DNA of 40,300 nt, from NCBI GenBank assembly GCA_964348525.1, contig CAYGCY010000005.1:1-40300 (forward strand), read 5' to 3'. The stretch comes from an uncultured Candidatus Saccharibacteria bacterium. Its GTDB lineage: Bacteria > Patescibacteriota > Minisyncoccia > Phycocordibacterales > Zambryskibacteraceae. The translations under genes and the position numbers were made by a program. The notes under the pieces are model-generated. The model had not been told where the DNA came from, ran no database searches, and saw only the letters and a list, made by a program, of their open reading frames with translations. Shown in pieces: positions 27,866 to 36,292 of the stretch; positions within the stretch are counted from its first letter, which is position 1, and the number at the start of each line of letters is the position of its first letter.

Positions 27866-27955
27866 ATGGCAGCAAAAAAGCGCCGCAAGGCAGCAAAGAA
27901 AACAAAGGCAAAGAAGCCTGCAAAGAAGAGAAAGGCAGCAAAGCGCAGGAGATAA
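27866..27955 (+). CDS. 29-aa Lys/Arg/Ala-rich peptide (histone H1-tail/protamine-like), absent from the ORF track
   Basis: Hand translation MAAKKRRKAAKKTKAKKPAKKRKAAKRRR*; 18 of 29 residues are K/R. Strongly biased GCA/AAG codons, TATAAT at 27773, own terminator. Confidence 0.8.
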   Translation: MAAKKRRKAAKKTKAKKPAKKRKAAKRRR

Positions 27956-27971
27956 GCCTAATTGGTTTCTA

Positions 27972-28016
27972 AAACACCCCCCATTCCGCCAAAGCGAGAT
28001 GGGGGGTGTTTCTTTT
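27972..28016 (+). terminator. Intrinsic terminator
   Basis: AAACACCCCCCAT..ATGGGGGGTGTTT-CTTTT. Confidence 0.85.
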
Positions 28017-28069
28017 AGGCAATAATTGCTCTAAAAATGCAAATCGTTACTAGGTTATAATGTCCCCAC

Positions 28070-30520
28070 ATGTTTAATTTTCTTTCGCGGAAACCAGGAG
28101 AAATAGTATATAAAAAAGCCCTTCCAATCCTCTCAGAGGTTAATTCATTGGAAGAGCGTTTTTCTTCATTAAGCGATGAAGAGTTAAAAGTCACCACAAA
28201 TTTTTTAAAAGATAGAATAAAAAAAGGAGAATCGCTTGATAATATTTTGCCGGAAAGCTTCGCCGCAGTCAGAGAAGCATCAAAAAGAACTTTGGGGCAG
28301 AGACATTTTGATGTACAAATAGTTGGTGGAGTAATTCTTCACCAAGGAAATATTGCAGAAATGAAAACCGGAGAAGGAAAAACTTTGGTTGCCACATTAC
28401 CGACATATTTGAATGCCCTAAAAGAAGAGGGAGTACATGTAGTTACGGTCAACGATTATCTTTCAAGAAGAGATGCGGTGTGGATGGGACAAATTTATAA
28501 TGCCCTCGGTTTGTCTGTGAGTGTTATCAACCACGATTCTTCTTTCGCGTATGATCCGTCTCACACTGATGGGGGCGAAGACAAAAAAAGAGACGAGACG
28601 GGAGCCTTCCGCATTGAACATGAGTTCCTCCGCCCAATATCAAGGAGAGAGGCATACCAAGCTGACATTACTTATGGTACCAACAGTGAATTTGGCTTTG
28701 ACTATTTGAGAGACAATCTCGAATACAGAGAAGATAGGTTAAGACAGAGAAAACATTCCTATGCCATAGTGGACGAAATAGACTCGATACTTATAGATGA
28801 GGCGCGTACCCCTCTTATAATATCTTCTCCATCAGGCAATTCTGAGAGCCTATATGGGACCTTTGCTTCCATTGCTAAAAGCATGATTGCTGGTACAGAT
28901 TTTACAATAGACGAAAAGCAGAGAGCGATACAAATGACTGATTTAGGTATTGAGAAGGCAGAGAAATCTCTAGGGGTTGAGAATATATATACTGAAAAAG
29001 GAATCAAATATGTACACCACCTTGAAACAGCCGTTCGCGCGGAGGCCCTATATAAAAGAGACAAACAGTATGTAGTAAAAGATGGCGAGGTAATGATTGT
29101 TGATGAATTTACTGGGCGTCTCCAACCGGGCAGACGATGGAGCGAGGGCCTGCATCAGGCGATTGAAGCCAAGGAAGGGGTGGATGTAAAAGAGGAATCT
29201 AGAACATTTGCCTCTATTACATACCAAAATTATTTCAGAATGTATCAAAAACTTTCGGGTATGACAGGTACGGCCGAAACTTCTCGCGAGGAATTCCTGA
29301 AGGTTTATGGATTAGAGACAGTGGTGATACCTCCTAATAGAGATATCCTGAGAAAAGATTTAAATGATTTAATATTTAAAACAGAGATTGGAAAATTTAA
29401 AGCAATTGCAAGAACGGTAAAAGAACTCCACAAAAAAGGTCAGCCTGTTTTGATAGGTACTGTGTCTATAGAAAAAAACGAGTTGCTTGGGGAATTCCTA
29501 AAACAAGAAGGCGTGCCATTCTCTATGTTGAATGCAAAAAAACACGAGAGTGAGGGAGAAATAATAGCTCAAGCCGGAAGAGTGGGTGCGGTTACCGTGT
29601 CTACCAACATGGCTGGACGAGGAGTGGATATAAAACTAGGGGGTAATCCAAATACCGAAGAGTCTTATAGCCAAGTGAAAAATTCAGGCGGTTTGTTCGT
29701 TTTGGGTACAGAGAGGCATGAGGCAAGGCGTATTGATAACCAATTGAGAGGCAGATCCGGAAGACAGGGAGACCCAGGTACCACCCAGTTTTTTGTGTCC
29801 CTCGAAGACGATTTGATGCGTATTTTTGCGTCGGATACCATCAAAAGTATGATGGGGAAATTAGGAGTGGCCGATGATGAACCAATTGAAAACAAACTGA
29901 TAACCAGATCTCTTGAAAAAGCACAGGAGAAGATAGAAGGTTTTAATTTTGACGCTAGAAAACATGTGCTTGAATTCGATGATGTTTTGAACCACCAGAG
30001 AAAAACTATATATGAAAGGAGAAGGAATATATTGGTGGGGGAGAGAGAGGCGGTAGATAAATATCTAGAAAGTATCTATACAGAAAATGAAAACAGCACC
30101 CTCGCATCTATAAAAGAACAAGCAATAAGAAATGTGGGAGAAGAAGCTTTTTACGCAAACGTGAGGCTTCTTATCCTACAAACCATAGACACCTTGTGGG
30201 TAGACCATCTTGAATCTATGGATTACTTGAGAAGCTCTGTCGGGCTTCGTGCTTATGGTCAGCGTGATCCTTTGGTTGAATACAAAAAAGAGGGTTTGAG
30301 TATGTATAAAGAGATGGAGCTTGCTATAAAAGAAGAAATAAAAAAACTTCTTCCTCACTTGGGACTGGTGGCTGTTCCTGTAGAGCAGACTGTTTTGCAA
30401 ACCAATACCAAGGAGGCAGAGTTTGTAGCAAGTTCAAGTGGAAAGTTTTCGCATATTGGTAGAAACGATTTATGTCCGTGTGGGTCTGGTAAAAAATTCA
30501 AAAAGTGCCATGGGAAATAA
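28070..30520 (+). CDS. secA: Preprotein translocase ATPase SecA
   Basis: MKTGEGKT, VTVNDYL, DEIDSILIDEARTPLIIS, NQLRGRSGRQGDPG, and C-terminal SEC-C motif CPCGSGKKFKKCH. Confidence 0.99.
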   Translation: MFNFLSRKPGEIVYKKALPILSEVNSLEERFSSLSDEELKVTTNFLKDRIKKGESLDNILPESFAAVREASKRTLGQRHFDVQIVGGVILHQGNIAEMKTGEGKTLVATLPTYLNALKEEGVHVVTVNDYLSRRDAVWMGQIYNALGLSVSVINHDSSFAYDPSHTDGGEDKKRDETGAFRIEHEFLRPISRREAYQADITYGTNSEFGFDYLRDNLEYREDRLRQRKHSYAIVDEIDSILIDEARTPLIISSPSGNSESLYGTFASIAKSMIAGTDFTIDEKQRAIQMTDLGIEKAEKSLGVENIYTEKGIKYVHHLETAVRAEALYKRDKQYVVKDGEVMIVDEFTGRLQPGRRWSEGLHQAIEAKEGVDVKEESRTFASITYQNYFRMYQKLSGMTGTAETSREEFLKVYGLETVVIPPNRDILRKDLNDLIFKTEIGKFKAIARTVKELHKKGQPVLIGTVSIEKNELLGEFLKQEGVPFSMLNAKKHESEGEIIAQAGRVGAVTVSTNMAGRGVDIKLGGNPNTEESYSQVKNSGGLFVLGTERHEARRIDNQLRGRSGRQGDPGTTQFFVSLEDDLMRIFASDTIKSMMGKLGVADDEPIENKLITRSLEKAQEKIEGFNFDARKHVLEFDDVLNHQRKTIYERRRNILVGEREAVDKYLESIYTENENSTLASIKEQAIRNVGEEAFYANVRLLILQTIDTLWVDHLESMDYLRSSVGLRAYGQRDPLVEYKKEGLSMYKEMELAIKEEIKKLLPHLGLVAVPVEQTVLQTNTKEAEFVASSSGKFSHIGRNDLCPCGSGKKFKKCHGK

Positions 30521-31394
30521 AAAAATAGTCACACACAACGGTAAATTTCATGCAGATGATGTTTTTGCGGTCGCCACTCTACTTTTAAAATTAGGGGATT
30601 GCACAGTAGTAAGAAGCCGTGATGTTTCTGTAATCAATTCGGCAGACTATGTAGTAGATGTCGGCTTTTTGTATAATCCTTCCCAAAACAAGTTTGACCA
30701 TCATCAAGAAGGGGGTGCAGGGGTGAGACAAAACGGCATACCCTACGCTTCTTTTGGGCTTGTATGGAAGAAGTATGGAGAAGAATTGAGTGGCTCAAAG
30801 GAAATCGCAGACACCATAGAAAACAAACTTGTTATGTTTGTAGACGCTCTCGACAACGGGGTTGATGTCTCTAAAAGTGTTTTTGAGGATGTAAGAGCCT
30901 ACACTATTTCAGACTACTTGTATTCATATTGGATAGACGAAAGTGTGCCGGAAGACGAAGTGGATAGAGTTTTTAAAAGAGTGGTTGCTTTAGCTAAAAA
31001 TCTCTTGGAAAGAGAAATTGCTAAAAATAAAAAAATAGAGGAAGAGGGCAAATTGGTCGAGGATATATACAACAAGACAGAAGACAAGAGAATCATAATT
31101 TTAGACCGAAACTATGCTTGGGGTAAAAAATTAGTGGAAAAAGAGGAACCCCTTATCGTAGTGTATCCGTCTATAAGCGGAGAATCGTGGTATGCCAAAG
31201 TAGTTAGGAAAAATCTCAATACCTTTGACACTCGGGTGCTTTTTCCTGTCTCTTGGTCTGCCAAAACAGGAAAAGAGCTGGCAGATGTTTCAGGAGTAGA
31301 AGATGCCCTGTTCTGCCACAAAGCCTTATTTTTGGCTACAGCGAGGTCAAAGGAGGGCGCAATAGCTCTTGCTATGAAGGCTCTGCAAGGATAG
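30510..31394 (+). CDS. MYG1 family (DHH-like) exonuclease
   Basis: THNGKFHADD, VVDVG, FDHHQ, YASFGLVWK, DALDNG, FCH. ATG 30510 overlaps the end of secA. Confidence 0.92.
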   Translation: MGNKKIVTHNGKFHADDVFAVATLLLKLGDCTVVRSRDVSVINSADYVVDVGFLYNPSQNKFDHHQEGGAGVRQNGIPYASFGLVWKKYGEELSGSKEIADTIENKLVMFVDALDNGVDVSKSVFEDVRAYTISDYLYSYWIDESVPEDEVDRVFKRVVALAKNLLEREIAKNKKIEEEGKLVEDIYNKTEDKRIIILDRNYAWGKKLVEKEEPLIVVYPSISGESWYAKVVRKNLNTFDTRVLFPVSWSAKTGKELADVSGVEDALFCHKALFLATARSKEGAIALAMKALQG

Positions 31395-31405
31395 AATCTC
31401 CATAA

Positions 31406-32827
31406 ATGGAATCTAACGGGCGTAAATTTTATCCACGAATAGGCCTTGAAATACACGCGGAACTAAATACCAAATCTAAGTGTTTTTGTGCATGCAAGAA
31501 TGATCCCGATGAGACTAGGCCGAATGTAAACATCTGTCCGGTATGTATGGGGTATCCCGGTGCGCTACCCGTAATAAATTTTGAGGCAGTTAAGTCGGTC
31601 TTAAAACTTGGCCTAGCACTTGGGGCAAAAGTTGCCGATTTCACAGAGTGGGATAGGAAAAATTATTTTTATCCAGATATTCCAAAAGGCTATCAGATTA
31701 GTCAGTACAAACACCCACTTATTGAAGGAGGGGAATTAGAGGGAGTGAAAATAACCCGTGTTCACTTAGAGGAAGACACTGCAAGGTCTCAGCATGATAA
31801 AGGAGCGAATAGCATCATAGACTTTAACCGTGCCGGTGTACCTCTAATGGAATTAGTTACGGAGCCGGTTATTTACAGCGCTGAAACTGCAGGAAAATTT
31901 GCGCGTTCTTTACAACTGCTTTTGCAATATCTTGGTATCGCCGAAGCCAATATGGAAAAAGGAGAAATGCGCGTAGAGGCAAATATCTCTGTTTCAGAGG
32001 ACCCTAGTGTGTTTGGGACTAAAGTCGAAGTAAAAAATCTGAACTCGTTTAAATCCGTAGAAAAGGCAATAAGCTATGAACTGAAGCGTCATGAAGAGGC
32101 CATTTTGGCTGGAGAGGCTATAAAACAGGAAACTAGGGGTTGGGATGACGCGAAAGGTGCCACCTTTAGCCAACGTACAAAAGAAGAGGCGCATGACTAT
32201 AGATATTTTCCAGACCCAGATTTGCCGAAGCTTTTTATAAGCGAGATACCAGAATTTAATCTAGAGGTTCTAAAAAAAGAATTGCCAGAGCTACCTTGGC
32301 AAAGAGAGAAAAGATACCTCGATTTGGGCCTCAAAAAAGAAACGGCTAGCCATTTAGTAGGGGATACAAGGCTTGGGGATTTTTTTGATGAAATTATCAA
32401 ACCTGATTCAAACAAAGAACTTATTGTATTGGCTTCAAATTATTTAACTTCGGATCTTCAGGCTTTGACTAAAGAAAACAAAGAGGCGTTTAAAAATATT
32501 AATACGGACAATTTTTTGGTCCTTATGAGAATGATCCATTCTGGAAAAATCAATTCTCGTGCGGGCAAAGACATACTAGCCATAATGGGGCGTGAGGGTG
32601 GAGACCCTGAATTTATTGCAGAGAGAGAAAACCTATTCCAAAATACAGACTCATCATTTGTAGAGGAAATAGTGGATGAAGTGATAAAAGAAAACCCAAA
32701 AGTAGTTGAAGAATATAAATCAGGTAAAGATACAGCCATACAGTTTTTAATAGGGCAGGGGATGAAAAAAGGGAAAGGGAAAGCAAACCCAGAGCAACTC
32801 AAAAGCATTTTATTGAAGAAGATATAA
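31406..32827 (+). CDS. gatB: Asp-tRNA(Asn)/Glu-tRNA(Gln) amidotransferase subunit B
   Basis: IGLEIH, RKNYFYPD.PKGYQISQ, HLEED, VEVKNLNSF, DYRYFPDPDLP. Confidence 0.99.
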   Translation: MESNGRKFYPRIGLEIHAELNTKSKCFCACKNDPDETRPNVNICPVCMGYPGALPVINFEAVKSVLKLGLALGAKVADFTEWDRKNYFYPDIPKGYQISQYKHPLIEGGELEGVKITRVHLEEDTARSQHDKGANSIIDFNRAGVPLMELVTEPVIYSAETAGKFARSLQLLLQYLGIAEANMEKGEMRVEANISVSEDPSVFGTKVEVKNLNSFKSVEKAISYELKRHEEAILAGEAIKQETRGWDDAKGATFSQRTKEEAHDYRYFPDPDLPKLFISEIPEFNLEVLKKELPELPWQREKRYLDLGLKKETASHLVGDTRLGDFFDEIIKPDSNKELIVLASNYLTSDLQALTKENKEAFKNINTDNFLVLMRMIHSGKINSRAGKDILAIMGREGGDPEFIAERENLFQNTDSSFVEEIVDEVIKENPKVVEEYKSGKDTAIQFLIGQGMKKGKGKANPEQLKSILLKKI

Positions 32828-32844
32828 GGCTAGTTGAAGGTAGG

Positions 32845-33072
32845 CTATTTTGGAATCAACTGCCACTCGGATTAAAATTTCAAAATAATTTTAGAACGAA
32901 TCTTTGTTATTTCAGAAACTCACGAGGATATTTCAAAATAACTTTAGTGAAATAGAAAAACACCAAGTGTCTGAGTCCCACTTTAGCGGGACGAGTTTTG
33001 GTGTTTTTCGTTATTGAACTTAGGTGTTTTGGAATTTTAATCCGAGTGGCAGTTGGTTCTGAAATAACAAGG
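32845..33072. repeat. Long nested inverted repeat between convergent genes
   Basis: Perfect 23-bp IR CAACTGCCACTCGGATTAAAATT (32857-32879 / 33033-33055); TTGTTATTTCAGAA / TTCTGAAATAACAA; inner GAAAAACACCAA / TTGGTGTTTTTC; apical GTCCCAC-TTTA-GCGGGAC. Confidence 0.9.
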
Positions 33073-33083
33073 ACGAGTGATCT

Positions 33084-33320
33084 TTATCCCTCGCTTTTCA
33101 CAATAAGTTGGCGGACTTTTTTGCGGGCGTTGCTAGCGATAGCACCCCCCATTTCTATGTCTTCTACAATCTTCTCTAAATCGTCAAGTCTGTAAACACG
33201 ATAGTTATTCATTGGGTGACGTCTTGCTGGGAACTTTCCATTCTTGTCCCAATTGCGTAAAGTCAAAGGGGAGACTCCTAATATTAGGGATGCTTGTTTT
33301 ATAGTTATGTACTGTGCCAT
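33084..33320 (-). CDS. Small MerR-like/excisionase-type HTH DNA-binding protein (78 aa)
   Basis: YITIKQASLILGVSPLTLRNWDKNGK...R...NNYRVY. Start trimmed to ATG 33320. Confidence 0.9.
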   Translation of the reverse strand: MAQYITIKQASLILGVSPLTLRNWDKNGKFPARRHPMNNYRVYRLDDLEKIVEDIEMGGAIASNARKKVRQLIVKSEG

Positions 33321-33391
33321 TGAATTAAGAATAATAAACCTTAATAAACTTACTACCAATTTTATACTATAAACATTAACAATAGTAATGT

Positions 33392-33400
33392 TTATCCACA
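33392..33400 (+). promoter_or_regulatory. Consensus DnaA box (one-mismatch copy at 33521-33529)
   Basis: TTATCCACA and ATATCCACA in the divergent intergenic region. Confidence 0.5.
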
Positions 33401-33573
33401 CATAAATCACCCAATTGGATGGTTTTAGGTAATCAAAAAAAATAAACATTTACACAATATTTTTTACATCTATCAAAATCGATTTATACTCCTAGAAATA
33501 AGGATATTTACGGTTTTTAGATATCCACATTTGACCCCTAATTTTCGGTACCTTCTCCATATAATTTTTAGGT

Positions 33574-34698
33574 ATGAATTCTGAGCTCTTTTTTGAAGGA
33601 AAAAAATACGTCTCGTCCAAACGAGCAAGTAAAATTAGTCGCTATAATCAAGACTATATTGGGCAACTCATCCGAGATTCCAAATTGGAAGCAAGGAGGG
33701 TTGGAAGGTCGTGGTTTGTATCTCTTGAATCTTTAGAAAAACACATAGGGAAAATAAAGGGGGTTGAGATTAAACCCCTAGAAAAGACTCCCAAAACAGA
33801 GAGTTTCTCTACAGAATCAAAGCCACTATTTCTTGAAGGTAAAAAATTTATCTCCTCAAAAGAAGCAAGTGATCTGTCTGGCTACTCAAGAGACTACATA
33901 GGTCAGCTTGTTAGAGACGAAAAATTGGAGGCTAGAATGGTCGGTCGTCTTTGGTATGTTTCGGCACTTTCTTTGCAGAAACATCTAGAGAAACAAGGAC
34001 AAAATAATACGGAAAATAAAAAAGCAGAAATCCATCCTTACAAAAAGTTTGAAGGGAGCCTAGCTTCTCCGGCTGTTAGTTATCAAAAAGAAGAAGTTCT
34101 TTCGCTCCCCAAATTACCTCAAAAAGAAATAATTTTAAATGCGGAAGTTTACAAACCCGCTCCTATCTATCCCGCTATATCACCACTTCCAAAAAAGAAA
34201 ATTTTATCTCCGTTTTCTCATTTCAAAAAAGTTGCGATAGTAGCATCAGTTTCAATCGTCTTGGTCTTTATAGCAAATATAGCTCACTATGAAATAAATA
34301 AATCAGCCATAACCCAAAGAGATAACTCGGTTTTGGCGTCAGCTTCAGTTTTGTCAAAAACTTCCTTTGAAAGTCTCGCATTAGATTGGTACAAGTATGT
34401 AAATGGGAAATTTATAGGAGTATCTAGATTCTTTGCGTCTATGTTCGGAATCTCCCAAATAGCCTATCAGCCGTCTATACAAACCCCCACAAATACGGCC
34501 CCTCAAGGCATTGTTGTTATGCCTAAAAATACAGAAAACGAAGAAACTGTTGAGCGTATAAAAAACTCTTTTTCTGATCAAGTCGGAGTATCGAAAAATC
34601 CTGATGGAGTATCAGGGGTTATTACACCGGTATTCAAAAAGGTTTCAGGAGATGAGTATTTGTATGTGTTAGTGCCAGTTAACGAGAAGAAACAATAG
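33574..34698 (+). CDS. Membrane-anchored protein with two tandem N-terminal winged-HTH (HTH_17/excisionase-like) domains
   Basis: Duplicated LF.EGKK..SSK.AS..S.Y..DYIGQL.RD.KLEAR.VGR.W.VS..SL.KH, Pro/Lys linker, TM helix (VAIVASVSIVLVFIANI), C-terminal SFSD.V..GVITPVF..YLYVLVPV. Confidence 0.85.
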   Translation: MNSELFFEGKKYVSSKRASKISRYNQDYIGQLIRDSKLEARRVGRSWFVSLESLEKHIGKIKGVEIKPLEKTPKTESFSTESKPLFLEGKKFISSKEASDLSGYSRDYIGQLVRDEKLEARMVGRLWYVSALSLQKHLEKQGQNNTENKKAEIHPYKKFEGSLASPAVSYQKEEVLSLPKLPQKEIILNAEVYKPAPIYPAISPLPKKKILSPFSHFKKVAIVASVSIVLVFIANIAHYEINKSAITQRDNSVLASASVLSKTSFESLALDWYKYVNGKFIGVSRFFASMFGISQIAYQPSIQTPTNTAPQGIVVMPKNTENEETVERIKNSFSDQVGVSKNPDGVSGVITPVFKKVSGDEYLYVLVPVNEKKQ

Positions 34699-34700
34699 CC

Positions 34701-36290
34701 ATGAAGAAATTATCATCCAATTTATTTGTGCTCTTATTGCTGGCAGTAATATCACCATTTTTTGTTCAAGCAGAGGGCCTAGATTTTATTGTGGGTCCAG
34801 CAAAAAATGAATTGGATATAGCGGGCGGAGAAACAAAATCTATAGAAATACTTATAACAAACAGGCTGGGTGTAAACGAAAATTTCTCTATTTCCTTATC
34901 GTCATTGGAGACAGACAAACTTGGCAATTTGACAGTTTCTGAAAAATCAAATTCGCTAAATGTTTCTGTACCAGAAAAAATTAATATTAATTCCGGTGCT
35001 TCTAAAACAATAAATGTAAAAGTATCTGTACCAAAAAATCACGAGCCCGGAAGTGTTGCATTCGGTGTTTTTGTAGAGCCTAAAAAATCTGCAGTAAATG
35101 AATTAACTTCACATTCAAGAATTGGCGTTATCAACATTGTGAAAATTTCCGGAGAGGTAAAAGAATCAGGGCTATTCGAAAAACTTTCCATATCAGACAA
35201 AAAAATTGTCAGAATGGATGACACCGCCCCTCTTTCACTAGATTTTTCCAATACAGGAAATGTTCATCTCAATCCTTATGGAATTGTGATTATACAAAAT
35301 GTGTTTGGAAAAGAAGTGCATGCACAAAAAATAGATCCTTGGTATGTAATGCCTAATTCTTCAAGAACTAGAGAAATTTCTCTATCCACTACAAACTTTT
35401 TTGGAAGATACACTGCGACCGTTATTTTGAATCGAGGGTATGGGGACCAAGTGGACAGCAAAACCGTGGCGTTTTATGTGGTGCCGTTTTTTGTCCCTCT
35501 TGTACTGGCCATCATACTGGTGGGCCTAATTTTCTTCTTTATCAAAAGAGGTTTTTTGAATGGTGTTTTAGTGGCGGGTATTTTACTGGCGGGAGTAGTG
35601 AATGTGCACGCACAAATGTCTTCTACGAATTACAAAGTCCAATTTGATTCTGTGAATGTGGGTGGAGGGTTATCGAGCTCTACAAATTATAGACAGGAGA
35701 GCACCGTAGGCGAAATTGCAACAGGAGAAATAAGTTCAGCTAATTACAATATTCACGCGGGGTATCAGCAGATGAATGAAGTGTATTTGGCAATTACAAA
35801 TGCGGCTGATGTAAATCTAACTCCTAATTTGGGAAGTGTTTCAGGGGGCACTGCTAATGGCTCTACAAACATTACTGTAACTACAGATGGTAGTGCGGGG
35901 TACTCTCTTTATGTTAATGCGTCTACCTCCCCAGCCCTCGCCTCAGGCACGGATTCCTTTGCTGATTACGCCCCATCTGGGGCAAACCCCGACTTCTCAT
36001 TCAGCTTTCTTGCTTCGCAATCTTTTTTCGGTTTTTCTCCTGAAGGCACGGATGTAGTTGCCCAATTTTTAGATAACGGTGCCTCTTGCGGTGTTGGGGC
36101 CACCGACACTTCTGACTCGTGTTGGGACGGTTTTGCTACCACTACAGAAAAAATTTCTGAAAAAACTAGTGCAAACACTCCTGCTGGTACAGCGACCTCT
36201 TTGAAACTCAGAGCAGGAGCTGGTGCCTCAAGAAATCAGCAGGCAGGGAATTACGAAGCAGATATTACATTTACAGCGCTTGCCTTATAA
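34701..36290 (+). CDS. Secreted/membrane protein: DUF916/DUF3324-like Ig domains + TM + second exported (WxL-like) module
   Basis: Signal peptide (VQA|E), beta-rich domains with NTGNVH, TM near aa 260-281, internal signal-like segment ending VHA|QMSSTNY, C-terminal AGNYEADITFTA. Family assignment is by motif resemblance only. Confidence 0.6.
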   Translation: MKKLSSNLFVLLLLAVISPFFVQAEGLDFIVGPAKNELDIAGGETKSIEILITNRLGVNENFSISLSSLETDKLGNLTVSEKSNSLNVSVPEKININSGASKTINVKVSVPKNHEPGSVAFGVFVEPKKSAVNELTSHSRIGVINIVKISGEVKESGLFEKLSISDKKIVRMDDTAPLSLDFSNTGNVHLNPYGIVIIQNVFGKEVHAQKIDPWYVMPNSSRTREISLSTTNFFGRYTATVILNRGYGDQVDSKTVAFYVVPFFVPLVLAIILVGLIFFFIKRGFLNGVLVAGILLAGVVNVHAQMSSTNYKVQFDSVNVGGGLSSSTNYRQESTVGEIATGEISSANYNIHAGYQQMNEVYLAITNAADVNLTPNLGSVSGGTANGSTNITVTTDGSAGYSLYVNASTSPALASGTDSFADYAPSGANPDFSFSFLASQSFFGFSPEGTDVVAQFLDNGASCGVGATDTSDSCWDGFATTTEKISEKTSANTPAGTATSLKLRAGAGASRNQQAGNYEADITFTALAL

Positions 36291-36292
36291 GT

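Noticed and set aside
32845..33072. CRISPR array or integron attC site
   Set aside because: Repeats are mainly inverted, with no regular repeat-spacer period, no cas or integrase, and no clear attC R-box ends.
27640..33530. Replication origin from DnaA boxes
   Set aside because: Only isolated boxes, no dense cluster and no dnaA/dnaN in the window.
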